A model generated the notes under the pieces. That model did no database searches. It saw only the letters and a list, made by a program, of their open reading frames with translations, and was not told the origin of the DNA. From Pelagibacteraceae bacterium (lineage in GTDB: Bacteria; Pseudomonadota; Alphaproteobacteria; Pelagibacterales; AG-422-B15), in the NCBI GenBank assembly GCA_038103905.1, contig JAYNZW010000003.1, positions 62,077 through 114,440 on the forward strand: DNA of 52,364 bases, read 5' to 3'. Shown piece by piece: positions 1-8,435 of this stretch. Both the position numbers and the translations under genes were made by a program. Each line of letters opens with the position of its first letter. Within the stretch, counting starts at the first letter, position 1.

Positions 1-78
1 TTTAACAATAAACAAATTGATTGCGGTTAAATCAATAACAAGGAAATATAGTGTTGCAATTAAGAATGCTTTAATCAT
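1..78 (-). CDS. 5' part of a membrane protein, possibly DUF2177-like; runs off the window edge and is not in the ORF track
   Basis: Manual translation from ATG at 78 gives MIKAFLIATLYFLVIDLTAINLFIVK..., open to the window end. The hydrophobic helix with F-L-V-I-D-L resembles DUF2177 N-termini. Confidence 0.55.
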   Translation of the reverse strand, partial: MIKAFLIATLYFLVIDLTAINLFIVK

Positions 79-98
79 TATGTTCAGTATATATAACC

Positions 99-569
99 AT
101 GAAATTTATTAAAGGCCTAATAGCAACTGAACCATTAATAGCATCATTAGGTGCTTTCTTATGTATCTCAATAATAGCGTTTATTCATTCTTTTGATGCT
201 TTTAATGTTTGGTTGATACCACCATTTGGAGCAACTATGGTTTTAGTAATGGCTGTACATGAGAGTCCATTAGCTCAACCAAAAAATATTTTTTTTGGAC
301 ATATTCTTTCAGCAGCATCAGGGGTGCTTATTTATTCTATTTTAGGAATGAGTTTTCTTACAATAGGGTTAGCGGTTGCTGTCTCAGTATGGGCAATGAT
401 GGTTACAAAAACAATTCATCCACCAGCTGGTGCTAATCCGATTATAGTTATTATGGGCGGAAAGGGCATAAGTTTTATTTTGCTACCGGTTGCAACTGGC
501 GCAATAATAATTATCTTGTTTGCAATTATTTTTAACAAGTTGTTAAAGAGAAATTATCCTAACAATTAG
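99..569 (+). CDS. HPP family integral membrane protein
   Basis: PPFGAT, SPLAQP..GH and HPPAGA motifs; hydrophobic helices. Confidence 0.92.
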   Translation: MKFIKGLIATEPLIASLGAFLCISIIAFIHSFDAFNVWLIPPFGATMVLVMAVHESPLAQPKNIFFGHILSAASGVLIYSILGMSFLTIGLAVAVSVWAMMVTKTIHPPAGANPIIVIMGGKGISFILLPVATGAIIIILFAIIFNKLLKRNYPNN

Positions 570-570
570 C

Positions 571-804
571 TTATTTTTTTTCTTGTCTTGACTCAACTTC
601 ACTAAAATATTGCATAATAAATGACTCTTTAATAGGATGAGGGGGAAGCTTATCAAATTTTAGCTCTTCAATATTTTTTAGAGTATTAGTAGAAATCTTA
701 GTTTTTTTTGCAATAGTTTTTAATTCTAATGAAATAGATTTTCTAATTTTTGAGATTTTTTCAATTTTAGATATTAAATCAGAATTATCATTTGAAGAGC
801 CCAT
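571..804 (-). CDS. Stand-alone XRE/HTH_25 (RodZ N-terminal-like) helix-turn-helix protein
   Basis: IRKS..L.L..IAKKTKIS...L..IE...F..LP.....SFI.QY pattern of the RodZ HTH; no TM segment follows. Confidence 0.7.
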   Translation of the reverse strand: MGSSNDNSDLISKIEKISKIRKSISLELKTIAKKTKISTNTLKNIEELKFDKLPPHPIKESFIMQYFSEVESRQEKK

Positions 805-879
805 AATTTATATAATCATTATTTTTATATGAATGTAAAGATTTAAGAATGTAGTTTTAAATTATTATTGTTAGCAACT

Positions 880-2091
880 TTAGATTTCAACAGGTTTTTC
901 GAATGTTACACCCTTATTTGAGAGTCGGTCAATTATCAAGTATCCTAAGGCAGCTGCAGTTGTAAGGACCCCACCTCCTTGATATTCAAGCCTATCATTA
1001 TCTTCAATTAATGTCATTGCAGACTCACATGCAAATCGAGCAGTGCTTTTATAACCAGGGTCTCCATCTCCGTACATTTTGGCTATGTATTTTTTATTAT
1101 CCTCAGTTTTTATTATGAATTTACTCTTAAACCAGCCGTTATCCTGAGTTTTTTGTGATGGTCCATTTCCTGGTTTTGTGAACAATGGTCTAAAAAGCCT
1201 GCGGAATGGCAAAGATAGTATTAACCCTAAAATAACAAGAGAAGATGAAACGATTAGGGCAGTTGAATATTTTTTCAATTCCATGAATTCATTATAAACA
1301 AATCGTTCTCCATATCCATTTTGTCTCATATCTAATAAAGCGGCGCTTCTTCTTACAACTCTTGTATTGGCTGGAGCCATTACAAAAGGGGCCGACCATG
1401 TATTAAAATAATCAATCTTTTTTATGGAGAATTTATCTTTGCTAAGTTTTCTTTGTATGTCTGTATAGGTATTTTTTGGATTTAATAAAAAAGTGTGACC
1501 TAATTTATTTTTTGTTTCATATTCCATCATAGAAAAAGCACTTTCTATAGTTCCTCCACTTATTCCACCGCCACCTGATTGATAGCAGTCAATTGAAATA
1601 ACCTTTTTATTTAAAGAGCGCTGTGAAAAATAACTTCCAATATCAGATGGTATTGAGTCATAGCCACATGAAGGTATTATTTTAATACCTTTTTTAACAG
1701 CCTCATCATGGTGGCGATCAATTAAATCTTTTACCCAAATATTTTCACCCGTTATATCTAAATAATGAGTCCCTTGACTCAAGCAACATTCAACCATTAA
1801 GTTGCTGTATTTATTAAATGGTCCGGCAAATGAGAGAACCACATTCGTCGATGCCGCTATCTGGTTGAGAGCCTCAGTATTGTGAGAATCTCCAATTAAT
1901 ACATCAGGTTCGTTATTTTTGCATGAATCTGCAAGATTATTTAACTTTTTTTGATTTCTACCCGCAATAGCATATTTGATGTTGGGGTAATGCTGATCAA
2001 TATAATTTGTTGCAATTTGACCAGTAAATCCAGTTGCACCAAAAATTACTAGTTGATATTTGCGAGTTTTATCTTTCATTGTTTTGTTCAT
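880..2091 (-). CDS. Saccharopine dehydrogenase-like oxidoreductase / trans-acting enoyl reductase family
   Basis: FGATGFTG Rossmann motif, AGRN, AGPF, HYLDITGE, CGYDSIPSD, GDPGY..T, GGVLT. Confidence 0.9.
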   Translation of the reverse strand: MNKTMKDKTRKYQLVIFGATGFTGQIATNYIDQHYPNIKYAIAGRNQKKLNNLADSCKNNEPDVLIGDSHNTEALNQIAASTNVVLSFAGPFNKYSNLMVECCLSQGTHYLDITGENIWVKDLIDRHHDEAVKKGIKIIPSCGYDSIPSDIGSYFSQRSLNKKVISIDCYQSGGGGISGGTIESAFSMMEYETKNKLGHTFLLNPKNTYTDIQRKLSKDKFSIKKIDYFNTWSAPFVMAPANTRVVRRSAALLDMRQNGYGERFVYNEFMELKKYSTALIVSSSLVILGLILSLPFRRLFRPLFTKPGNGPSQKTQDNGWFKSKFIIKTEDNKKYIAKMYGDGDPGYKSTARFACESAMTLIEDNDRLEYQGGGVLTTAAALGYLIIDRLSNKGVTFEKPVEI

Positions 2092-2108
2092 ATGATATTT
2101 TTTGATAA

Positions 2109-2189
2109 ATGCTTGATTGGTTAATAGGTAGCGCGGTGACTATAGCTTTTTTGATAGGTGCCTACTATATAATTATGTTAGTTTTTTAA
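2109..2189 (+). CDS. Putative 26-aa single-TM micropeptide MLDWLIGSAVTIAFLIGAYYIIMLVF
   Basis: Manual translation ATG(2109)-TAA(2187-2189); GC-richer than flanks; hydrophobic helix; below the ORF-track size cut-off. Confidence 0.5.
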   Translation: MLDWLIGSAVTIAFLIGAYYIIMLVF

Positions 2190-2195
2190 TAGAGT

Positions 2196-2315
2196 ATGAC
2201 TTCAATTTTTACAATATTTCAGGATTTATCGATTTATTTGTTTTTAATTTCATTTTTAATATTGGGGATTATAGGTATAGCAATATTATTTGATATATTT
2301 AATAAAAGTAAATAA
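2196..2315 (+). CDS. Putative 39-aa single-TM micropeptide MTSIFTIFQDLSIYLFLISFLILGIIGIAILFDIFNKSK
   Basis: Manual translation ATG(2196)-TAA(2313-2315); starts 6 nt after the preceding micro-ORF; TM helix with a basic C-terminal tail. Confidence 0.5.
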   Translation: MTSIFTIFQDLSIYLFLISFLILGIIGIAILFDIFNKSK

Positions 2316-2368
2316 TTTCAGTACTTTAAAATTATATTTTAAAGTAAAAATTTAATTTAAATAATAAC

Positions 2369-3265
2369 ATGAGTTACAAAATACAAAACATTGAATTAAT
2401 TGAAAAAAAATGGGTACCAAGTGCAATCGTTAATGCAAATAATGAGGTAACAATAACATCATCGAAAATATCCTCTGAGTTAAACCTTATTGACCCAATT
2501 TTAATTGGAAATAAAGAAATAATCCTAAATATTTGCAAGAATATAAAATGGGATCTGAGTGAAGATAAGATAATAGATTCTCCAAATGAAAAAAAATCTA
2601 GCGAAATAGCCTGTAAATTGGCCTCAAAAAATGAAGTTAAACTATTGGTAAAGGGACATATGCACACAGATGTGTTAATGGCTGAGTATATTAAAAATTC
2701 ATATGGTTTACGTAATAAAGGTGAAAAATTAAGCCATATTTGGTTCATGACAATACCAAATAGAAGAGAGCCACTTATAATTACAGACGGCGCCTTGAAT
2801 ATAAACCCTAATTTACAAACTAAAAAATTAATTCTTAAGAATGTAATAAATTTTACAAACAAGATCAAAAATTTTGATCCATATATTTCAATTTTATCAG
2901 CAACTGAGGAAGTCTTACCTCAAATGGAAAGTTCAGTAGAAGCAAAAAAAATAATGGAATGGGCTCTTAAAGAAATAGACTCTAATCTTAAAATTCTGGG
3001 TCCACTTGCATTTGATAATTCTATTTCAATTCACGCTGCCAAAATGAAGAATATAAATAATCCAGTTGCAGGTAATGCAAATATTTTATTAGTTCCAAAT
3101 ATAGAAACTGGTAATTCTCTTGTAAAAATGTTGGTTAATTTCATGGAAGCAACAGCTGGTGGCTTTATCACAGGCTCTGCTATTCCTGTAGTTATTACAA
3201 GTCGATCTGACAATATAGAATCGAGATTGTCATCAATAAGTAATGCTGTTTTGAGTATTCAATGA
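2369..3265 (+). CDS. pta: Phosphate acetyl/butyryltransferase (PTA_PTB family, short form)
   Basis: LVKGHMHT, LSH, ITDGALNI.P, LSATE, GPLAFDN.IS, S/NPVAG.ANILLVPNIE.GN, PVVITSRSD motifs. Confidence 0.85.
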   Translation: MSYKIQNIELIEKKWVPSAIVNANNEVTITSSKISSELNLIDPILIGNKEIILNICKNIKWDLSEDKIIDSPNEKKSSEIACKLASKNEVKLLVKGHMHTDVLMAEYIKNSYGLRNKGEKLSHIWFMTIPNRREPLIITDGALNINPNLQTKKLILKNVINFTNKIKNFDPYISILSATEEVLPQMESSVEAKKIMEWALKEIDSNLKILGPLAFDNSISIHAAKMKNINNPVAGNANILLVPNIETGNSLVKMLVNFMEATAGGFITGSAIPVVITSRSDNIESRLSSISNAVLSIQ

Positions 3266-4438
3266 TTAATTTAATGCTTTTTGCAAATCTAGGATAAGAT
3301 CATCAACATTTTCTATTCCAACAGAAATTCTTACTAGATTATCAGGTACAGGAATATTTTTTTTAGATGAGTTCACATATGCATGAGTCATTAATGCTGG
3401 TGACTCAATTAAACTTTCCACACCACCTAGACTTTCTGCAATGGTAAATATTTTAAGTTTTTTCATAAAACTTCTAATTTCTGATAATGATCCTTTGTGA
3501 ATAAAAGAAATCATGCCACCAAAACCATCCATTTGTTTAATAGCAATTTTATTTTGAGGATGATTTTTAAGGCCTGGGTAGATAACAGATTTTATTTTTT
3601 TATGGCCTTTTAAAAATCTTGCAATTTTAAGTCCATTATCATTATGCCGCTTCATGCGTATACCAAGAGTTTTAATACCTCTTAAAATTAGAAAACAGTC
3701 AAAGGGACTTGGTACTGCACCAACTGAGTTTTGAATGAAAGATAGTTTATTTTGTAAAGACTTATTATTGCCAACAATTAAAGCGCCACCAATAACATCA
3801 GAGTGACCATTTATATATTTAGTTGTAGAGTGATTAACGATATCGATACCAAATTCGAGAGGTCTTTGATTGTGTGGAGTTGCAAATGTATTGTCACAGA
3901 CAGTTAAAATCTTATTCTTTTTTGCAACGCTAGCTATCCTCTTTAGATCTGTTACTTTTAAAAGTGGGTTCGTAGGAGTTTCTATCCAAATTAGTTTTGT
4001 TTTCTTCGTGATATATTTTTTTATACTTTCAGTATTAAAGTCTATGTATGTTACATTAAGTCCCGCTGATTTGGCTTTAATTTCGTTAAGAAGACGAAAG
4101 GTTCCACCATATAAATCATTAAAAGCAATGATATGATCACCTGGCTTTAATAAGTCTAAAACAGCTGACTGTGCTGAGAGGCCTGATGCAAAAGCAAAGC
4201 CTTTTGACCCATTCTCTAATTTACTGAGAGCATCTTCTAAAACCTCACGAGTTGGGTTTTGTGACCTTCCGTATTCGTATCCAAGGTTTTCGCCAGGACT
4301 AGAATTTGCATAAGTGGATGTGGCGTATATTGGAGTCATTACCGCTCCTGTAAGCTTGTCAGGTTTAATTCCACCATGAACAGCAACAGTATCAATATTT
4401 TGCTTTTGTTTTAAATTAGATTTTTTTCTTTTAGCCAT
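3266..4438 (-). CDS. Cystathionine gamma-lyase/synthase (PLP-dependent transsulfuration enzyme)
   Basis: YEYGRSQNPTR, FASGL, DLYGGT, ETPTNP, DNTFATP, HSTTKYINGHSDV (PLP Lys), AESLGGVESL, RISVGIE. Confidence 0.92.
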   Translation of the reverse strand: MAKRKKSNLKQKQNIDTVAVHGGIKPDKLTGAVMTPIYATSTYANSSPGENLGYEYGRSQNPTREVLEDALSKLENGSKGFAFASGLSAQSAVLDLLKPGDHIIAFNDLYGGTFRLLNEIKAKSAGLNVTYIDFNTESIKKYITKKTKLIWIETPTNPLLKVTDLKRIASVAKKNKILTVCDNTFATPHNQRPLEFGIDIVNHSTTKYINGHSDVIGGALIVGNNKSLQNKLSFIQNSVGAVPSPFDCFLILRGIKTLGIRMKRHNDNGLKIARFLKGHKKIKSVIYPGLKNHPQNKIAIKQMDGFGGMISFIHKGSLSEIRSFMKKLKIFTIAESLGGVESLIESPALMTHAYVNSSKKNIPVPDNLVRISVGIENVDDLILDLQKALN

Positions 4439-5382
4439 GATTCATTATACGCTGTATTTAAATATTTTTCACCATTATCACAAATAAAGGTGAGCACGTT
4501 CTTTTCATTTGTTTGTTCTTTACAGTATTTTATTGCTGCTGAAATTAAAGTTCCCGAGGAGGATCCACCTAAAATTCCCTCTGTAGCAGCTAATTTTCTA
4601 ATGGTATCAAATGCCTCTTTATTGGAAACAGAATAGGCTTTTTTAATATATTTAAGTTCAAGTGTTTCTGGAATAAAGTCTTCACCAATTCCTTCTACTA
4701 GCCATGAATAGTCTGCTTGCATTATTTGATTTTTCTCAACAGCATCTTTTACAATAGACCCCTCAGGGTCAGCAAGAACCATTTCTGTTTTAGGTGAATG
4801 TTCAGAGAAGTATTTGCCGATACCACTAATTGTTCCACCTGTTCCCACACCGCATACAATAGCATCAACCTTGCCGTTCATTTGATTGAATATTTCAGGG
4901 GCAGTTGAAAGTTCATGTGCTTTTGGATTATCCATATTTGTAAATTGACTAGCAAAAAAAGAATTTGGTGTTTCACTCGCTATCTTTTTAGCAACATTTA
5001 CATAATGCTCAGGATGATCTGGTCCAACATCTGATCTTGTTGTTACTACATTAGCACCAACAGCTTTTAAGTGAAAAATTTTATTTTCATTCATTTTATC
5101 GAGAATAACAACAGTAGCTTTATATCCTTTAATTCTGGCAATTAATGCCAGACCTAGGGCCGTATTGCCGGCAGAAGCTTCAATAATTGTTGAATCCTTA
5201 TTTAATAAGCCATCTTTTTCAGCATTATTAATAATGTTTAGCGCAACTCTATCTTTTATTGAATATCCAGGATTCATATTTTCTAATTTTAAAAAAAGGT
5301 TACATTTTCCAGTATCAATTCTTTTAACTTGAATTATTGGAGTATTGCCGATTAAATCTATTAATTCTTTTTGCCGATTCAT
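4411..5382 (-). CDS. Cystathionine beta-synthase / cysteine synthase family (no C-terminal CBS domains)
   Basis: Start reassigned to MNRQKELIDLIGNTP (ATG at 5382); LKLE..NPG.SIKDR, EASAGNT, GVGTGGT, ADPEGS, VEGIGED; overlaps the CGL-like gene. Confidence 0.88.
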   Translation of the reverse strand: MNRQKELIDLIGNTPIIQVKRIDTGKCNLFLKLENMNPGYSIKDRVALNIINNAEKDGLLNKDSTIIEASAGNTALGLALIARIKGYKATVVILDKMNENKIFHLKAVGANVVTTRSDVGPDHPEHYVNVAKKIASETPNSFFASQFTNMDNPKAHELSTAPEIFNQMNGKVDAIVCGVGTGGTISGIGKYFSEHSPKTEMVLADPEGSIVKDAVEKNQIMQADYSWLVEGIGEDFIPETLELKYIKKAYSVSNKEAFDTIRKLAATEGILGGSSSGTLISAAIKYCKEQTNEKNVLTFICDNGEKYLNTAYNESWLKEKNLI

Positions 5383-6400
5383 GACTAAAACTTTAAAAAT
5401 ATATTTTTTTAAAAAATCTCTAATATTTATTATTATTCTCTCATTAATTACATTTAATCCAATATTTACGCAAGCAAATGAAAATATTCCATTTGATGAA
5501 TGGTTAGAAAATATTGAGATGCTTGCGATTAATAAGGGTATTAGGAGCGAAACAATCAAAAAATCACTATCTGGGGTAGAACCCAATAATAGAGTTATTG
5601 AACTAGATCGAAAACAACCAGAATTTACACTAACTTTGAAAACGTATCTAAATAATGCAACTCCAAAATCTAGAGTTAAAAAGGGCAAAAACTTATATCA
5701 AGAACATCAAAAATTATTCGAAAAAATTTATGAAGTGTATAAGGTTCAGCCAAGATTTATAATTGCATTGTGGGGCATTGAGACTAATTTTGGCATGTAT
5801 ACCGGATCATTTAATGTAATTCGATCACTTGCAACTCTAAGCCATGACCTAAGAAGAAGAGATTTTTTTACCAATGAAATGATGAATGCCCTTACAATTA
5901 TTGATCAAGGCCATATTGAACCAGATGCAATGATGGGTTCATGGGCTGGAGCAATGGGCCAAAATCAATTTATGCCATCTAGTTTTTTAAATTATGCGAC
6001 TGATTTCAATCAAGATGGAAAAAAAGATATTTGGAATACATTACCTGATGTATTCGCTTCATCTTCAAATTATCTCAACAAATCTGGATGGGATCATAAT
6101 CAAACATGGGGCAGGGAAGTAAAAGTATCACAAAAAATTAATGAAGATTTGATTACTATTTCAGCAAGAAAAATTGTCGTCAACAAAAAAATTAGTGAAT
6201 GGTCAAAACTAGGTGTCACTAATATAGATGGATCAAAATTACCCGAAGTTAATATTGATGCATATTTAGTCTATCCTGAAGGTGAAGAAGGAAGAAAATA
6301 TATTGTCTATGAAAACTTTAAAACAATTATGAAATGGAATCGTTCATTATTCTTTGGAATTGCTGTTGGAACTCTATCTGACATGATTGAGTATTTTTAG
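5381..6400 (+). CDS. mltB: Lytic murein transglycosylase, MltB/SLT_2 family
   Basis: Signal peptide from ATG 5381; DRKQPEF, ALWGIETNFG, GSWAGAMGQNQFMPSS, EF-hand-like DFNQDGKKDIW, WNRS. Confidence 0.9.
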   Translation: MTKTLKIYFFKKSLIFIIILSLITFNPIFTQANENIPFDEWLENIEMLAINKGIRSETIKKSLSGVEPNNRVIELDRKQPEFTLTLKTYLNNATPKSRVKKGKNLYQEHQKLFEKIYEVYKVQPRFIIALWGIETNFGMYTGSFNVIRSLATLSHDLRRRDFFTNEMMNALTIIDQGHIEPDAMMGSWAGAMGQNQFMPSSFLNYATDFNQDGKKDIWNTLPDVFASSSNYLNKSGWDHNQTWGREVKVSQKINEDLITISARKIVVNKKISEWSKLGVTNIDGSKLPEVNIDAYLVYPEGEEGRKYIVYENFKTIMKWNRSLFFGIAVGTLSDMIEYF

Positions 6401-7275
6401 TGAAAAGTTTTTCAATACTACTTCTATTATTATTTTTAAGTGCTTGTTCAGCCGTTAATGTTGCAAATATTATAAAAGATGAATTAACAAAATCTTCTCA
6501 TGTTATTTCTAACTCATTACTCATTGAGCCACCTTATGAAATTAATGGAAAATGGTTTTATCCAAAAAACTATAAATCGTTTAATCAGATAGGAGTTGCA
6601 TCAAAGGTACAAAATTTAGAAATAGGATCCAAAACCACAAATGGTGAAAGATATCATCCGGATATTCTTTCTGGTGCACACGCATCTTTACCTCTTCCAT
6701 CAATGGTTTTAGTAACAAATGTTGAGAATGGGTACACAGTTAATGTTAGAATTAACCAACGGGGTGGTTATTCAAATATAAACACAATTGAATTATCTCC
6801 AGCAGTATTTGATTTATTAGAAATGGATAGCTCTGTAGGTATAGTTGAAATAAACCTGATAAGTCAGAACGAAACCTTTGTTTTAAAAGAGGCTAAAACG
6901 TATAACGCTGAAAAAAAAGTTGAAAAAGCTCCAGTTTCAAGTGTTTCCATTGAAACAATTGATATTATTGAAAATGATGGAGATGATGACGATAAGCCTC
7001 AATCAAACGAAAAAGTTAATGAGTTAGTGATTAGAGAGGTTTATAATGGTGAAATATATTTAAATATTGCTAAGTTTTCGTTTAAAAAAAGTGCTTTATC
7101 TTTTAAAGATGATCTCAAAAGTGATGCAAAATTAGATATTTTTGAAACCTTTGAGGATAACAAAAAATATTTTAACGTTGTCCTTGGACCCTTTGATGAT
7201 GTAAATACATTATACGATATGCATAAAAATGACACATTTAGTTCTTATGAAGACTTATTTCTTATTATTCTATAA
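6400..7275 (+). CDS. rlpA: RlpA-like lipoprotein (DPBB domain plus degenerate SPOR domain)
   Basis: Lipobox LSAC; PYEING.W.YP, TTNGE.Y, AH.SLPLPS.V.VTN..NG; C-terminal V.LGPF; synteny with dacA-tmk. Confidence 0.8.
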   Translation: MKSFSILLLLLFLSACSAVNVANIIKDELTKSSHVISNSLLIEPPYEINGKWFYPKNYKSFNQIGVASKVQNLEIGSKTTNGERYHPDILSGAHASLPLPSMVLVTNVENGYTVNVRINQRGGYSNINTIELSPAVFDLLEMDSSVGIVEINLISQNETFVLKEAKTYNAEKKVEKAPVSSVSIETIDIIENDGDDDDKPQSNEKVNELVIREVYNGEIYLNIAKFSFKKSALSFKDDLKSDAKLDIFETFEDNKKYFNVVLGPFDDVNTLYDMHKNDTFSSYEDLFLIIL

Positions 7276-7282
7276 ATCACAT

Positions 7283-8428
7283 ATGACCAAAATTTTATCA
7301 TTAGTTTTTCTCTTTTTGTTAAACAGTGTTAATTTTTCATACTCTTCATTTGTTGATACTGAAGCGGAAACAGCTGTTGTAATAGATGCTGATACTGGTC
7401 AGATTCTTTTTGAAAAAAATAAAAATATTAAAACATACCCAGCGTCGATGACAAAAATAATGACTGTTTTAATTATTTTTGAAAAACTTAAAAACGGTAC
7501 ATTGCAATTAGATGATAAATTTACTGTAAGTGAAAAAGCATGGAAAGAACGAGAAGGGTCATCTATGTTTGTTGAAGTTGGAAAGGAAATTAGAGTTGAA
7601 GACTTACTTAGAGGTATAATTGTTCAATCTGGAAATGATGCGTGCATTGTAGTAGCTGAAGAGATCGCTGGATCTGAAGAGGCTTTCGCTATAATAATGA
7701 ATGATCAAGCCAATAAAATAGGCCTACAAAATACTAATTTCACAAATTCAACTGGTTTTTTTGATGAAGACAATTACTCAACTGTTTATGACATCGCGTT
7801 ATTATCACAATATTTAATTAATAACTTTCCTGAATATTATCACCTTTTTGCTGAAACAGAGTTTGAGTGGTCAGGAATTAAACAAAGCAACAGAAATCCA
7901 TTACTTTTTAAAGAAATGGGCGCTGATGGTCTTAAAACTGGATATTTATCTGCATCTGGATATGCTTTAGCGGCTTCAGCAATACAAGGTAACAGAAGAC
8001 TCATTTCTGTTGCTAATGGTTTTTCATCAGTTAAAACAAGGTCGCAAGGGTCATCAAGGCTTCTTACATGGGCATTTAGAGAGTATACAAATATTAATTT
8101 AGGAAAATCTGATGAAGTCTATTCTGAAATAGAGATTCCTCATGCTAAGAAAATGGTTCAAGTAAAACCATCAAAAGATATAATTATTACTGTATCTAAA
8201 GCAAAAAAAGACCAAATAAAGCAAAGTATTATTGTTAAACCTGATACAGCGGCACCCATTAAAGCAGACTCGACTGTAGCGTCATTAGAAATAACGATTG
8301 GTGAAAATGAAAGAGTTTATTTTGATCTTAAGACAGTTAATGATGTTGAAAAAAAAGGGATTTTTCGAAGTTTTTTTTCTTATATATCTAATTTATTTAC
8401 TAGCTTATTTTCAATAATCTTCTCATAA
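7283..8428 (+). CDS. dacA: D-alanyl-D-alanine carboxypeptidase (PBP5, peptidase S11)
   Basis: PASMTK (SxxK), SGNDA (SxN), LKTG; start reassigned to MTKILSL at 7283. Confidence 0.92.
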   Translation: MTKILSLVFLFLLNSVNFSYSSFVDTEAETAVVIDADTGQILFEKNKNIKTYPASMTKIMTVLIIFEKLKNGTLQLDDKFTVSEKAWKEREGSSMFVEVGKEIRVEDLLRGIIVQSGNDACIVVAEEIAGSEEAFAIIMNDQANKIGLQNTNFTNSTGFFDEDNYSTVYDIALLSQYLINNFPEYYHLFAETEFEWSGIKQSNRNPLLFKEMGADGLKTGYLSASGYALAASAIQGNRRLISVANGFSSVKTRSQGSSRLLTWAFREYTNINLGKSDEVYSEIEIPHAKKMVQVKPSKDIIITVSKAKKDQIKQSIIVKPDTAAPIKADSTVASLEITIGENERVYFDLKTVNDVEKKGIFRSFFSYISNLFTSLFSIIFS

Positions 8429-8435
8429 TTTTAGT

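Noticed and set aside
16-36. ATTGATT-N7-AATCAAT inverted repeat resembling an FNR box
   Set aside because: TTGAT-ATCAA spacing is 9 rather than 4, and it lies within a probable CDS.
2110-2175. GC-richer patch considered as a SAM-II/SAM-V riboswitch or sRNA near the sulfur genes
   Set aside because: I could not build the conserved pseudoknot or core motifs on either strand; a 26-aa ORF explains the composition better. A covariance-model search would settle it.
5383-5688. N-terminal 102-aa extension of the 4411-5688 ORF
   Set aside because: It is antisense to mltB; family homology begins at MNRQKELIDLIGNTP (5382).
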